A DNA stretch of 64,000 bases from Phallusia mammillata. Taxonomy: Eukaryota. Position 1 is the stretch's first letter. Every line of letters begins with the position of its first letter. The stretch is taken from positions 434,001 through 498,000 of the forward strand of contig OZ281499.1 in the NCBI GenBank assembly GCA_965637545.1, in the 5' to 3' direction. Under the pieces are notes generated by a model that was not told the DNA's origin, did not search any database, and worked only from the letters and a program-made list of their open reading frames with translations. Of the stretch, positions 24,331-38,900 are shown piece by piece. Made by a program: the position numbers and the translations under genes.

Positions 24331-26010
24331 ATGGAATGTAAAGAAGTTTCAACCACTGCATTTGACGACCAAAAGCCAGGAACAAGTGGTTTACGAAAAG
24401 GAACCCAAGTTTTCATGACTAAACCAAACTACACAGAAAACTTTATACAGTCAATTCTTTCCAGTATTGAAGACACGAAAAGGAAAGGTTGCACTCTTAT
24501 AGTGGGAGGCGATGGAAGGTTTTATATGAAGACTGCTGTGAGTCTAATTATCAAGATCGCTGCTGCCAATGGTGTTGGTAAACTAATTATGGGCCAATCT
24601 GGTGTGTTGTCCACCCCTGCAATTTCAAACTTGATTAGAAAACACAGTGCAATTGGTGGCATTATTTTGACTGCAAGTCATAACCCTGGTGGACCAAATG
24701 CTGACTTTGGTATTAAATTCAACACTTCGAATGGTGGTCCAGCTCCATCTGGGGTTACAGATAAGATTTATGAGATTTCCAAATCACTAACTTCGTTCAA
24801 AATCTGCCCCGATCTTTGTGTTAACTTTGACAGCATAGGAAGCCGCACTTATACCATTGATGGCGCAGATTTTACTGTTGATGTTATCAGTAGTGTTCAG
24901 GATTATGTGGAAATGATGACAGACATTTTTGACTTCAATGCAATCAAGAGTTACATTCAGGACAATAACTTTAAAATGCTTTTTGACTCTTTACATGGAG
25001 TTGTGGGTCCTTATGCAACAAAGATTGTTTGTGAAGAGTTAGGTGCTACTCCTGACTCAGCCATTCATTCAACTCCATTAGAAGATTTTGGGGGCAAGCA
25101 TCCGGATCCAAATCTCACATATGCTGCTGAGTTGGTCGATGAAATGAAAAAGGGAGTTCATGACTTTGGGGTTGCTTTTGATGGTGACGGGGATCGAAAC
25201 ATGATTATCGGCAAAAACGGTTTCTTTGTTTCACCTTGCGACTCATTAGCTGTGATAGCTGCAAATCACAAGTCTATCCCGTATTTTGTGGCCAATCAAA
25301 TGACAGGATTCGCACGTAGTATGCCAACCAGTGGCGCACTGGATCGTGTTGCTGAGGAATTAAAGCTTCCGTTCTTTGAAGTCCCAACTGGGTGGAAGTT
25401 TTTTGGAAACCTGATGGACGCAGGGAAGATTGCTTTGTGTGGGGAGGAAAGTTTTGGTACCGGTTCAAATCATATCAGAGAGAAGGATGGGATGTGGGCA
25501 GCTCTTGCTTGGCTGTCTATTCTTGCCGACACTAAACTATCTGTACAAGAGGTGATTACAAATCACTGGAAAACATATGGAAGAAATTGTTTTACTCGCT
25601 ATGATTACGAGCAAGTTGATTCTGTTGCAGCTAACAGTATGATGGAAAACCTTACCAAGGCAATCAATGAAAAAGCTTTGTTTGGAAAAACCCTAACTGG
25701 AGCAGGAAAAAATTACACAGTTAAACTAATGGACAATTATCGGTATGAGGACCCAATTGATAAAACTGTCACAGAAAAACAAGGAATCCGAATTATTTTT
25801 GCAGATGGCTCCCGTATAATTTTTCGCCTTAGTGGAACAGGCAGTAGCGGTGCGACCATTCGGATGTACGTGGACAGTTACATCAGTAAAGAAGACCCAA
25901 GTTTGGAGTTTGCTGCAGCTCAAATCCTTAAACCACTGGTTGAGATTGCTCTGGAAATATCTCAAATACCACAACTCACTGGCAGGAACAGCCCGACGGT
26001 TATTACATAA
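24331..26010 (+). CDS. PGM1: Phosphoglucomutase (PGM1-type), 559 aa, intronless CDS
   Basis: Uninterrupted ORF with [11 protein letters not shown], the catalytic TASHNP, metal-binding DGDGDR, sugar-binding CGEESFG and C-terminal PTVIT. The first ATG is at 24331; the ORF track starts at an upstream TTG. Confidence 0.97.
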   Translation: MECKEVSTTAFDDQKPGTSGLRKGTQVFMTKPNYTENFIQSILSSIEDTKRKGCTLIVGGDGRFYMKTAVSLIIKIAAANGVGKLIMGQSGVLSTPAISNLIRKHSAIGGIILTASHNPGGPNADFGIKFNTSNGGPAPSGVTDKIYEISKSLTSFKICPDLCVNFDSIGSRTYTIDGADFTVDVISSVQDYVEMMTDIFDFNAIKSYIQDNNFKMLFDSLHGVVGPYATKIVCEELGATPDSAIHSTPLEDFGGKHPDPNLTYAAELVDEMKKGVHDFGVAFDGDGDRNMIIGKNGFFVSPCDSLAVIAANHKSIPYFVANQMTGFARSMPTSGALDRVAEELKLPFFEVPTGWKFFGNLMDAGKIALCGEESFGTGSNHIREKDGMWAALAWLSILADTKLSVQEVITNHWKTYGRNCFTRYDYEQVDSVAANSMMENLTKAINEKALFGKTLTGAGKNYTVKLMDNYRYEDPIDKTVTEKQGIRIIFADGSRIIFRLSGTGSSGATIRMYVDSYISKEDPSLEFAAAQILKPLVEIALEISQIPQLTGRNSPTVIT

Positions 26011-26986
26011 ACCATTTGTGACATATTTACAAAAATAGTTATTTAAAATTATAAATTATCACATAAACCATGTGCAACAAATTTAAAAATATATATAGTT
26101 GTTATAAATTATCTTAAGATCATTTGCAACAAATGTTGTAAATCACAAATATTGTTAACAGAAATTATACACATATAAATGATTTATAAGAAGTATAAAA
26201 TTCAACTTTTATGGTTCTAACATTTTGTCAAAAGTTGAATATTTAGCGTGAGGAACCACTAGTCCAATGCATTGGTGTATTCATGTAATTACATGCCTCT
26301 GTAATTTAGCAAATATTAATTTAGCCTTCTTTGTTTACCTTTGCATGATACATGATGTAGAACACATTTGCCATGACATGAAAAATTTTCGTAGCTTGTT
26401 TTGAATTTGTTGCATAATAAATTATTATTTACGATAAATTGCTTTGGCTTAACTGCATTTGAGGAAGTCAGTGACATTTTATTCATAGAGAAAATGCACA
26501 AAATAACAGTCCAAAGTATTTCAATGAACATACATGCAATGAAAAACAAAAACAAGTAGTTCATTAAGCATAATCTTTTACTCAGAAGTACCATGCAAAA
26601 AAATAAGGCACTTAAAATTCTTTGCATGGATGAGAAATGAAATGAACTGCTTCTGTTAATATCTTTATTTTAAACACAAAGTTCTTCACAGTGGCAACAT
26701 AAATTTACTTTTACTAATGAGACAAAAACAGTTTGTTTTTTATATAATGTGGTCAGGTTGCTTAGAAAAGGGTTTATGGGTCTCAACTCTTGTATACCCA
26801 ATAACCTTTATTATGATTTTATGCCACAAATATGGAACATAGCACCAGTGCTATTTGCACATCAAAAACATCATAGAAATTTCAACAAAAAGTTTTTCAG
26901 GCGGTAAAGCTGCATTGTTTTTGTAACAACCTCTCAGCTCAAACCTTTGTGCTGTTCTAACTGTATGACATGCTTGAAAGTAAGGG

Positions 26987-29900
26987 TTATTTTTTATCGG
27001 CCTGTGTAAAAAACTCCTCACAAATTTTTACGAGTTCAGCATTTTCTTTCGAAGCATTTTCAAGTTGTTTTTCAAGAGAGGATACGGTCATTTGTTCCTT
27101 TTTAATTTGAGCTTTCATGGCATTAATGCGTCTTATTGCATCGTTACTTGCACTACCAACTTCAGCCTCCAATCTGCGACAGAAAATTAAAGTAATTTGC
27201 ATAATTACTCATAACCAGTAATGGGATTCAGTCCGGTTCTACAGAACCGTCTCACGGAATTTTATGAGATCAAAACAGGTTAGCATTACTGGTTACTGTC
27301 AATGGACTTTTTGTAACAGAACCGACTGGAAATATGACTTTTGTGATAGAACCGGCTGAAAAAAAATTGGATCCCACCACTGCTCATAATATGAAGGCAA
27401 ACTTAGCATTTCTGGACTAATTGTACCATGTTAAGTGAACCATTAGTGGTTGAGAGCAAACCTAGAATGGCATAAGTTTCTATCATTATTATTTAAAAAA
27501 CTTTTTGCTACCTTTTTATGGTGCTGTCGGCCTCTTTTTTTAGTGTGGAATATTTTGACATGGCATCTTTAAGCAACGCTGCTTTTTGGTGGAATCTTTG
27601 CTTCAGTTCCTCGTCAGCCTGAAAAGTTGTGAAAGTAAAATTATTTTTTACCAACAAAGTGACTCAAAGCACATTTTTACAACAAAGCAACAAATTTTAA
27701 ACTTACAATACAACAAGCAAACTTAACCAGTGTTTTGTATTGGAATGTATAACATCACTTGTAACAGATATTTTCATTTTGTTGCGGCCTGGCCGAAATA
27801 AATGTACAACAGTATTTTTGAGTTCAACAAAAGAATACCCTTTGTAGTGTTTGCAACCAAACAAAGAATGAAAGTTAACGAGGACAGCATACGGTGGGGT
27901 CGTTATTATAACACTTAACATTTGCCATTTAGAACTGAACAGATGACACAAGAAAAATATATCTAGATCTCTTATTATAGTTATGGCTCAATAGGGCGAA
28001 ACTTCAAGCAACTCTTTCCTATTAAGTGTCAAGACCGAAATACTTAAATCTAAAAAAGTTTTGGTATAAAATACTGCTTTTGACATTGGTGCTTTCCACA
28101 TATAAGACATATATTTCTAGTCCTGGCTGTTTTGTTGTTCTCTTGTCACAATATTTACCTTTTTTAAGGTGAACACGGTTTGGATAAGTTCCTTTGTCCG
28201 CTTGTAGTAATCCTCAAACACATTTACAGAGGAGGTCAGTTCTTTAGCGACCCTTTCATGTTGTTCATCAACCCTTGCAAGATCCGCTTCTAAAGATTTC
28301 TTTTGGGTCAAAAGGTCGCGGTCAGTCACCTCTATAAACCGTCTACAAAAAATAAATGTGTTTTTACACTTGCGTCTTCCAATGCTATTCGATTCTACAC
28401 ATTTTATGCATATTCTTTTAAGTTTGTAAAGACATTCAGCTTTTAGATTAAGGGTGAACCCAAATAATATTTAAAAGATTTGTTTTTTCTACCTCCTATC
28501 TAGAATAATGACATTTAAGAAGTCAGATTCCCATAATAACTGGGAGTTGTAGTAATGTGAACAGGGTTGCCATCGACATGGACGCAAAACTACGGACAAC
28601 CGAAAAATTACATATTCATACAATGCAAAAAAATGTTTTCGAACAAAGGTTTGCATTTATACGAGCCATGACATATAATATGCCATATTTGGACCAGAAA
28701 CAACCTGTTCCAGCAACTTCTTGTTCGTAGAAAATACGTCGTGCATCTCACAACAGCTCAGGTCTAGGTTTACTTTTACTTGTAGCAGGGATTTGACTGT
28801 TATTTTATTAGGTTTGTTTCTTGAAATTGTTGAAAATAAGTCAAAATAACGACTCAGGTCATAAATGAGGACACTAAATTTTACTAAGACGTTGTCCTTT
28901 CAAAATAAAGACAAGTCTTAGAAAAAAGGATGGTATGGTAACCTTGGTTATAAAATTCTATGTGCCTGCATCTTATTGTACTACGAAATGAAAACCGGAC
29001 TTTTTACCTACAGATCCAAACCCTGCTAATCAACTCACTTTTCCTCTTCAATCTGCCTCAACAAATCAGCTTCCACTTCTTTCAGTCTTTGATTCTCATC
29101 TTCCAGTTTTTGATAACTTTCTTTCACAAATGCATCGTTTTCGGTTGTATCTTCCCCTCTATGAGTGTGTAATGTTGTTCTACTGTCAACCTGCAAACAA
29201 ATACAACAATATATTTATTAGTTTAATTTAATAAAACCAGATGTCTGGATTAAGATGCAATTAAAATTTAATTTTGATGTGTAACAGGGATCCACGTTTT
29301 AATAAATAAGCTGTTACAGGCATAATGTAGAAACAAGTGATGCTTTCCAGCAGTTTTTATCATGAAGCAATACTCAAATATCCACATTTAAAGTTTTTTA
29401 TGTTGTTCATAATTAGTTAAATGTATTCTCAGTATTTTGTGGTTGACTTTACTAATCGGGTTTCACAGTTTTTGGAATTCATCACATATAATGAGACACG
29501 ACAATTTTTTGCATACCAAATTGAAAAAAAATATGCTTGTGAAATTAAGAAAAAAAAATTCTGTTTTGTGACAATTTGCAACAAAGGGGTGAAAGTCAAG
29601 TTTGTACAGATCATGCTAGATTTCAGTTTGCTATGTTTATAGAGTCAAGCTGACCAGAAATATGAAAATTTATGAGGAAAGTATCATGGATATATCATTA
29701 TCAAAAAAAAACTAACTTTTACTTGGTACCATGTAATCATGAGTGATAAACTATGTTTAAATCATGAGTGATAAACTATGTTTAAATCATGAGTGATAAA
29801 CTATGTTTAAACTCTAACTTGTAGCTTTGTAAAGTTGAATATGATGTGGAGGTAAATAAGTTTTTCAGCATTACAAATTAGGTACTGAATTACAACAATA

Positions 29901-32900
29901 CTAAACAAGTTTGCTTAGTACCCATGTTGTGTTGTAAACTTAACACCGACCAAGTGGATTTCACAAAAGTTCAGTTTCTCTGCTTTAAGTTATCAACAAA
30001 CCTCAGGTCTCGGACTGAGACTCAGGTCCAACAATTTTGCTGTCGGAGTTTCAATTGAATTCCACTTCCCATCTTCATTAAGTAAATTCCGAGCGAGTTG
30101 TGAAGCTGCGGGATGTTGGTGAATTGGCTCAAAAGTTGTCATGTTGTCTCTGCAACAAATTATTGATATACATAAGCATTTGCTGTTAGAAGAAAGAACA
30201 ATCCTTCCACTTACAGATCTTGGTCAATGATATTTGTGAATCTGTCTGCATTTGTCTAAAAACATTGAATTTGCATCAAAAACTTTTAAAACAAATTGAT
30301 TATGTGCAAAACACAACAACATAAGTTTTACACAGGGTTAAAACATACTGAAATATAAGAATGCTTTTCATTTAACAAGACTAAGAGTCTTCTACCAGGA
30401 TTTATTACAACATGTCAAAAATTCCATATGACCTATTTGTGAAACAGACAACTCACCTTGATAATTGCATCAGAACCACTGCATGATACATTTTCATCAG
30501 TTTCTGCAAAGTTATCACATTATAATTACTGTCATAAACATGGTGGGGACAAACAAGAAACATAAAGATTAAAAATTCAAGCAGCCAACTGTCCACTGTG
30601 ACATACAGCATGATAAACCTACACTTTGTCTCAGGCTGTCATAGATTTCAACTACTAAAAGTTCACACCTTATAAACTTGAGCCTACTAGAAAGCCAACA
30701 TTCATACAACAATTAATCAGTTCAAGAGCTAACAAACATGGAGAGGAGTAAATAACCTTTTTATGTCATTCACAATTAAAAAGGCATGACACAAGCCCTT
30801 TTCACTTGAACACATTCAGAAGACCATGAAAGTTCACTATTTAAATGTAAATAACTTTACAACAACTGTGGTAACAAATGTGATCTTAAACAACACAGAC
30901 ACACAACTCCTTGTAACAAACCTAACCAACTGAGAGTGTCATTACATACTATGCAACAGATAATCGTAATCAACAAGCTTCCAAATGTACAGTAGACTTA
31001 TCCTACATCACTTCACTCAAAAGCGGCGCACACAATATCTGATACAATAGAGGTCGGCCACTCCACACTGAATGACAACAAAAGACGACAATCGACACAG
31101 AGAGAGATGTGAGAGGAGCTCTACGACTGTTTGATTTCATGTTGAGGAGCAGTAAAGAGAGTGAACAGGCAAAGTAAATAACACCGACACCGGTGATATA
31201 TAGAACCCGGCTCAATCACACAATGATACCTAACAATCTGAGCGCTTTACAATTGTGTCAATGCTGTCGCCATAACAACCAGGACAACAACAAATTCAAA
31301 ACCAATATTTATTTCACAAAGTATTGCCATAATTTAAGCCAAGAATCATTCAGTCTGTTCACAATACTGCAGTTTTTACAAGGTATAATTTGTTGCGAAA
31401 ATAATGTTTGGACAAACAAAATTAAAAGATTTATTTATTTGCACAACCAGTTCAAACATTTAGGAGTTACCGGCCATTTAAATAAAAGTATTAACTTACC
31501 TTCTATCATAGCACTCTTGTTATCCATTACGGCCCTGAACAAATAAAAAGTCATAAATTTATAGTTGTGTTATTTGTGAAGCATGGTTAGCATAGAAATT
31601 ACTGAACAAGCAATTCATCCATCACGTTGCATATTTAACAAATTTGTCATACAACTGGTGTAATGCTAAACAAAATACTAGTATTTTTTAGGAACCAGTA
31701 TTTTTGCTAAAGTTTTGCCAACCAGAACAGTAAAGCTTCTGCAGAGCAATGAAGTGAATTCATGCGAGCACATTCAGCGGATCGCAATGTAAGCGAAATT
31801 TCAAGTTTTTAAAAATCACAAGTATTTTGTCCAGCATCACAGTTGAACAACAAACTTGTTAAATGATCATGGTTAAGGTTCCAGGTTGCCTGACTTTCAA
31901 GTTAATGTGAATCAAAATGTTTTTGAAAAACAGAATTAAGCAGATAGAAATTAATGAAGGATATTAATTTGCAAATTTACAGTTGGTAAAAAACTCCAAT
32001 GCTTTAGAAAAAACATTCGATTAATTTAAGGTTTTCATATTGTTCTTCACACTTGCATTTTATCTGGGTGAGATATGACAGACCAATGTGCTGCAGCCAA
32101 GTGGCAGAAAAACACAGCTTCAGTGCACACACAGTTTTGGAGTTTGCACATGTAACCAACCTTTTTTGCATGAGAGGGTCAAACTGAACATAGAGTGATT
32201 GTTTCCGTAACGCAGACTCTTCAGGGGCATTCTGTAAACGCAAAGGATATATTGCATGTTGTTTGTTTGATATTTATTGAAAGTGGACAGGAAACGCCTA
32301 AATATGCTTGCAATGAGTCTGTCGTAGAGCTGCGTATTTTATTACAAGTCCGTTGAATAATTTTCTATATGATTTTTTTCAAATTAGATAGTCAGTGATT
32401 TCAGTTTAGTTCAACCCATCTGGAACTAATGGGTAAGAGCAGGGGTGGGCAAACTACGGCCAGCGGGCCGCATGCGGCCTGCCAAATGTTAGTAATTTTA
32501 AAGAGAATGTTAGTAACGCTGAATAGTTTTATGAGCACAGACGCAGAGTTTTGAAAAATACCGGGGGTGCGACTTGCCGATACCTATACCATGTGCAGTA
32601 TCTGTACCCGTACCATACTTACTTTGGAACTAAATACAGATGCTTTTAACGTGCTTTAGCCTGCTGTTTTGCAAACGGACATTAAACGCGGCTTTAGAAT
32701 CGTTAACACAGACCCGCACAACCCCTAAAAATGGATACTAAAAGGGGCTCGCTTTGTTTAATGTTGGCGCAAGAATTTATTAACAAAAAGACGTGGTGTA
32801 GCCTATATGTTGCAACAAATGCTTGTTTCTTTTGAAACAATTGCAATTGTGGCGTTTCAACCAATGTTTGTCCAATAATTTCAGTGACAACAAACGTATT

Positions 32901-35900
32901 TGCACATAGCTGAAAATATACTCCGTTAATATTTTGGGCAAAATCAGGGGTGCACAACTTGTGGCCGTGGAGACGAGTTTGTGCGGTTGTGACCATGTAT
33001 GTTAAAATACACGTGCTGGCGGCGGTGACGTAACTAAAACTATTTTGCCAAATATTTTGATTTTGAAACTGCTAAAAACAGATTTCGTGATACTGAAAAA
33101 AAGATTACCAGCCTAGTAACCATATGCGCCAGGCATTTTATCCGCTTATTGTGTGCAAACAATGCGAAAGAACAGGCACCGCAATCGTCACAATACAGAT
33201 TATGACGTCATAAGCAGTTAGTAAGAAATTTTTAATCTGAGCGTTTTAGGCGGCTTTAAATGGTATATATAGGATATAAACCTAATTCTTTACACAAGTT
33301 ATTTAAAAAAAAAAAAAAAGCAAGCAATTGGCGGCCGTTGGTGAAAAACTATGCGGCCCCCTGAGATTAAGTACTTTTGAATGCGGCCCTTGCACTGAAA
33401 AGTTTGCCCACCCCTGGGTTAGAGCAATGTTGCTCAAGTTTCTTGCTCTGGGAAACACAAGTGATTGAGGCAGGGTTGGAACCCACAATCATGTGAACAT
33501 AAGGTGGTTGTACTAACCACTCAACCATCTTGGTGACATTCAACAGATGAGTTACCAGACTTACACATTCACTTACATCTTGCTTTTTCCACAATTCCTT
33601 CCAACCAGTGAGATTTTCCTCAGAACCAAAAACTACAAATAAATAAACATTTTAAGTGGATAGTGACACAGCATTTAATCACGTAGAAATTTCTTTTCTA
33701 AAATGGAGTAGCAGAGCAAGAAAGTTTGAGAAGCCCTGTTCTAGACCCCTTCAGTGACAACTCGCACAAGCAACAAAATATTTTGACGCAGACTTACTTT
33801 GTTCGGCAGGTTGGAAACCGTCCATCTCTTCGCCAACTTGCATTTGTTGCGCTTGAGAGTCTCTAGTTACGGGATCAGTTTCAGCTTTATTGACTGCTAC
33901 TTCACTCGTTCGAGGGGATGGCGTCGTTTTCAATGTAACGTTGTCATTTGTTAGTGATTTGCTGGTTTTGAATGGGTCAAAATTAGGATCTTCAAGCTGA
34001 TTAAAATCAATCGAGTAAGCCCCCTTGGCTGGGATTTCCTCATTTTGTTCCTCTGCTGGCTTATTTTGTTCCTCTGGGGGCGCAAATTTTTTTTTAGTCG
34101 GCAAAGTTTGTTTCTTTTTCTTCAATTTAGTTTTAGCCACATTAGTCTTCGCAGGTGATTTTTCAACCTGGTTTTCACCACCAGTTGTTTCAGTCACATC
34201 ACTAAATTCAGGTTTGTTCTCGATCACAGTTTTGTCATCATTCGATAAACCTCCACTTGTTTTAAATGGGTCGTAGTTCGGGTCATCAAACTCGCTAAAA
34301 TCGATCGAGTAAGCTCCTTTTGCTGGAATCTCATCACCTTCCACCTTCTCATCTGCATCAGGAGATTGCGGCTTTGGTGATTTTAATCTTTTTTGTTTAA
34401 CACTGGATTTATTTTGTTTAGTTTTGGGTCGACGAGGTGCTTCTAACCCTTTAGCGTCTTTTGTTTCAGATTTTTCTTCTATCTTCGGCGAAACAGAGTC
34501 ATCATTTGCTAAACTTAAGTTCTGCTTTTCTTCTGACACAGTGCTTTTAACTTGATTTTGATTATCGTCTTGCAATGTCTCATCATTTGTTAAACCCTTA
34601 GTTGTTTTAAACGGGTCATAGTTCGGGTCATCAAACTTGCTAAAGTCAATTGAATAAGCTCCTTTTGAAACAGGAATCTCGTCACCTTCCACCTTCTCAT
34701 CTGCATCAGGAGATTTCGGTTTCGGTGACTTTAATCTTTTTTGTTTAACACTGGATTTATTTTGTTTAGTTTTGGGTCGACGAGGTACTTCTAACCCTTT
34801 AGCGTCTTTTGTTTCAGATTTTTCTTCTATCTTCGGCGAAACAGAGTCATCATTTGCTAAACTTAAGTTCTGCTTTTCTTCTGACACAGTGCTTTTAACT
34901 TGATTTTGATTATCGTCTTGCAATGTCTCATCATTTGTTAAACCCTTAGTTGTTTTAAACGGGTCATAGTTCGGGTCATCAAACTTGCTAAAGTCAATTG
35001 AATAAGCTCCTTTTGAAACAGGAATCTCGTCACCTTCCACCTTCTCATCTGCATCAGGAGATTTCGGTTTCGGTGACTTTAATCTTTTTTGTTTAACAGC
35101 GGATTTAATTTGCTTAGTTTTCGGTCGACGTGGTTGTTTTGGAGATTCTAATTCACTGGAGTCTTTTGTTTCAGAAATTTTTGCTGTCTTTTGTGAAACA
35201 AAATCATCATTTGCTAAACTTAAGTTTTGTATTTCTTCTGACACAGTGCTTTTAACTTGCTGCTCGTCATTGGCTTGCAATGTCTCATCATTCGATAAAC
35301 CCTTAGTTGTTTTAAACGGGTCGTAGTTCGGGTCATCAAACTTGCTAAAGTCAATCGAATAAGCTCCTTTTGAAACAGGAATCTCGTCACCTTCCACCTT
35401 CTCATCTGCATCAGGAGATTGCGGCTTTGGTGATTTGAATCTTTTTTGTTTAACACTGGATTTATTTTGTTTAGTTTTGGGTCGACGAGGTACTTCTAAC
35501 CCTTTAGTGTCTTTTGTTTCAGATTTTTCTTCTATCTTCGGCGAAACAGAGTCATCATTTGCTAAACTTAAGTTCTGCTTTTCTTCTGACACAGTGCTTT
35601 TAACTTTATTTTGATTACCGTCTTGCAATGTCTCATCATTTGTTAAACCCTTAGTTGTTTTAAATGGGTCGTAGTTCGGGTCATCAAATTTGCTAAAGTC
35701 AATCGAATAAGCTCCTTTTGAAACAGGAATCTCGTCACCTTCCACCTTCTCATCTGCATCAGGAGATTGCGGCTTTGGTGACTTTAATCTTTTTTGTTTA
35801 ACACAGGATTTAATTTGCTTAGTTTTTGGTCGACGTGGTTGTTTTGGAGATTCTAACTCACTGGAGTCTTTTGTTTCAGAAATTTTCTCTGTCTTTTGTG

Positions 35901-38900
35901 AAACAAAATCATTATTTGCTAAACTTAAGTTTTGTATTTCTTCTGACACAGTGGTTTTAACTTGCTGCTCGTCATTGGCTTGCAATGTTTCATCATTTGT
36001 TAAACCCTTAGTAGTTTTAAACGGGTCGTAGTTCGGGTCATCAAACTTGCTAAAGTCAATTGAATAAGCTCCTTTTGAAACAGGAATCTCATCAGTTTCA
36101 TCACATTTCTCAACAGGAGGGGAAACAGGTTTCAATTTCTGCTTCCTTGTTTTAGATTTTATATTTCTTTTGCTTGCAGCTTTTTTCACTGTAACTTTCT
36201 TCTCAATTTCTGCATCATTGTTTTTAGTTGATTCCTTATTCGAGACCTGCATAGCTGAATCGTTACCCATGCCAGCTTTGGTTTGAAAAGGGTTAAAGTT
36301 TGGGTCATCCAGTTTGTCGAAGTCAATAGAGTAGGATCCTTTTGGTGGAAGGGCCTCCTCAGTTTTAATGGACTGGTTCTCTTCATTCAGGTTTTCAACC
36401 TCTTTTGTAGATTGCTCAACATTTGTTCCTGTAATGCGGGGAATGCAAGGCTTTTCATCACTGCTAGCTGTAATGCTTTGTTCCTCAATATTCCCGACCT
36501 CAGCATTTTTGACAGAAGTCTCTGGTTCCGCTGACTTGGATTCCACCAACTCACCAAGTTCACTGTTAGCTGCAGTGCTTTGCTTCTCTATATTACTAAC
36601 TTCAGCACTTTTGACAGAAGGTTCTTGTTCTGCTGACTTAGGTCCAACCGACTCAACAAGTGCAAGCCTTTTGTTAGTTTTAAATGGATCAAAATTAGGA
36701 TCATCAAACTGGCTGTAGTCAATGGCGTAAGCCCCTTTAGAAACTGGCACCTCAGTAGTTTCATGATTCTGAATTTTAGTGGAAAGCTCATTGTTCTCTT
36801 CAATATTGGTTGAAAGCTGGGTTTTGTCGGTTATCCCCGATATATAACCTGGTTCATAACTTAGTTCTCCAGCACCTTTGCGAATTGGTGGCAAGTGAGC
36901 ACTTACATCAGGTTCAACATGCATTGGGTCAAACTCGTCCAATACGCTGAAGTCTGTACTTTGAAATACTTCTTTATTTGACAAAACAACATGTTCTTGT
37001 GTGTCAGATACTTCAGTATTAAGATGATTGTCATGAGATATTACTTTAGGTTGCTCTGAAATTTCTTTATCCTTTGTGATGTGTGTTGTAACTGTTTCAC
37101 CAAATGTTTCAGTAACTGGACTCAACACATTCACAGTAGAAATAGTATTTGTAGGCTGTACTTCTGCTATCTGTGTCTGGCAATCATTCTCCAAACCCTT
37201 CGTTGTTTTAAATGGGTCGTAGTTTGGGTCATCAAACTTGTTAGAATCAAATGAGTAAGCACCGAGCAAAGCTGAAATATCACCACCACCACTAGGTGTA
37301 TCCACAGGGCCTTGTTTCCGTAACTCTTCACTTGCGCTCAGTGTTTCCAAGGCGTTCTTCTCCGATGGCTGTTCCTTCGGTTTATTTAATGTTTCTTCTG
37401 AGCTTATAGTTTCAATAACAGGCTCACTTTCTGTGACATCTTTAGACACAACAGAGCTATCGTCAGCATCATTGATTAGTGCTTTTGTTGTTTTAAATGG
37501 ATCATAGTTTGGGTCGTCAAACTTGCTGAAATCTACTGAATATGCCCCTTGAGCTGGTAGCGGGACTTCCTCATTAAATTCTTGGCTGGGATGGGTTTTC
37601 TCATCGTCAGGTGTTGTTACATTGGCTGGTTTGTGAGATATAGGAGCAGATTCCTCCACACTTGACATCACAGTATGCACATCATTATTCAAAGTTTCCT
37701 CTGTTACTGCAACATTTGTACTCAATTTCTCTTCTTTGATGTTTATTTGTTTAGTTTCATTCAATTCCTTCACAGTTTGTTTTTCTTCGAAATATTTTGG
37801 CAAAGTACTTTCACTTATATTTGCTTTTGCATCTGAATTAACTGACAAGCCTTCTTCATTGCTAATAGCAGTTTTAGTTTTAAAAGGATCAAAATTTGGG
37901 TCATCAAAATTAATTGAGTATGCACCTTTAGCCAATGGGACATCATCATACTTGTCATTCTCCTCTTTTTGCTGGTTGTAATCCACTAAAGTTGATGCAG
38001 TTTTGTCTTGTTCTGTTTCGCAATTCCCACCATCCTCTTCAACGGCAACTCTTTTATTCACTTCAAAACTTGCAGGAGAGTTTGAAATTGTTGGACTTTC
38101 ACTTGAACGATTTTGATCAAATGCCACACCTTGCAACTCCTGTAATCCACTTATTTCCGCGTTTGTATTCTCCAAAATATTTTCACCACTGTCCAATTTG
38201 CTAACGTCCGATTTTCTGGACTCTGTAGCTTCCACTGCCCCGGTATCATCTGTGTGTTTGATATTAATCTCAGCAAATTGTTCTTCCACCTCAAGTGTCC
38301 CGACTTTTCCTGGTTTGGTTTGGAAGGGGTCAAAGTTGGGGTCATCAAATTTGTCAAAGTCAATAGAATACGCCCCCTTCGCGGGCAAAATTGCAACATT
38401 CTCACTTTTGCTGTTTTCATTTGTTTCATGAATTAATTCACCTGATTTTCGCACAGTTTCAATTGAATCACCGTCGCCGCGGGCAACACCTGCGGCTTTA
38501 GGACTTGGTGATAAAGTGGATTGAAAATTTCCATCACCTTTGCAGAAATTATCTTTCCCACCATCGTCATGTGATGAAATGATCTCCTCTGTGTGTTCGC
38601 TAGGAAGAGTGTTGAATGGCGGATTATTAAATTGGCTTAGTTCAACCGGATTATGTTGATCTTTCACCACAGACATAAAATCATTTATATTATCCAGCAA
38701 GTTTTGATCTTTTTTGCTGATTTTCTTTGACGCAGGTTTGGACAGCTCCTTTTCTTCATGCAAATTTTGTTTTTCTTGCAGCACTGATAAATGTGGTTTG
38801 GTTTTTACCTCTGTCTGTTTCGGCAAAGCAGGTTCATTTTCTAAAAGTGATTTTCCATGTATGTCTGCTGCACACATGCTTGGCACATCAGGCATACTAG

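Noticed and set aside
33430-33535. tRNA gene
   Set aside because: Only degenerate A/B boxes followed by a SINE core; no cloverleaf.
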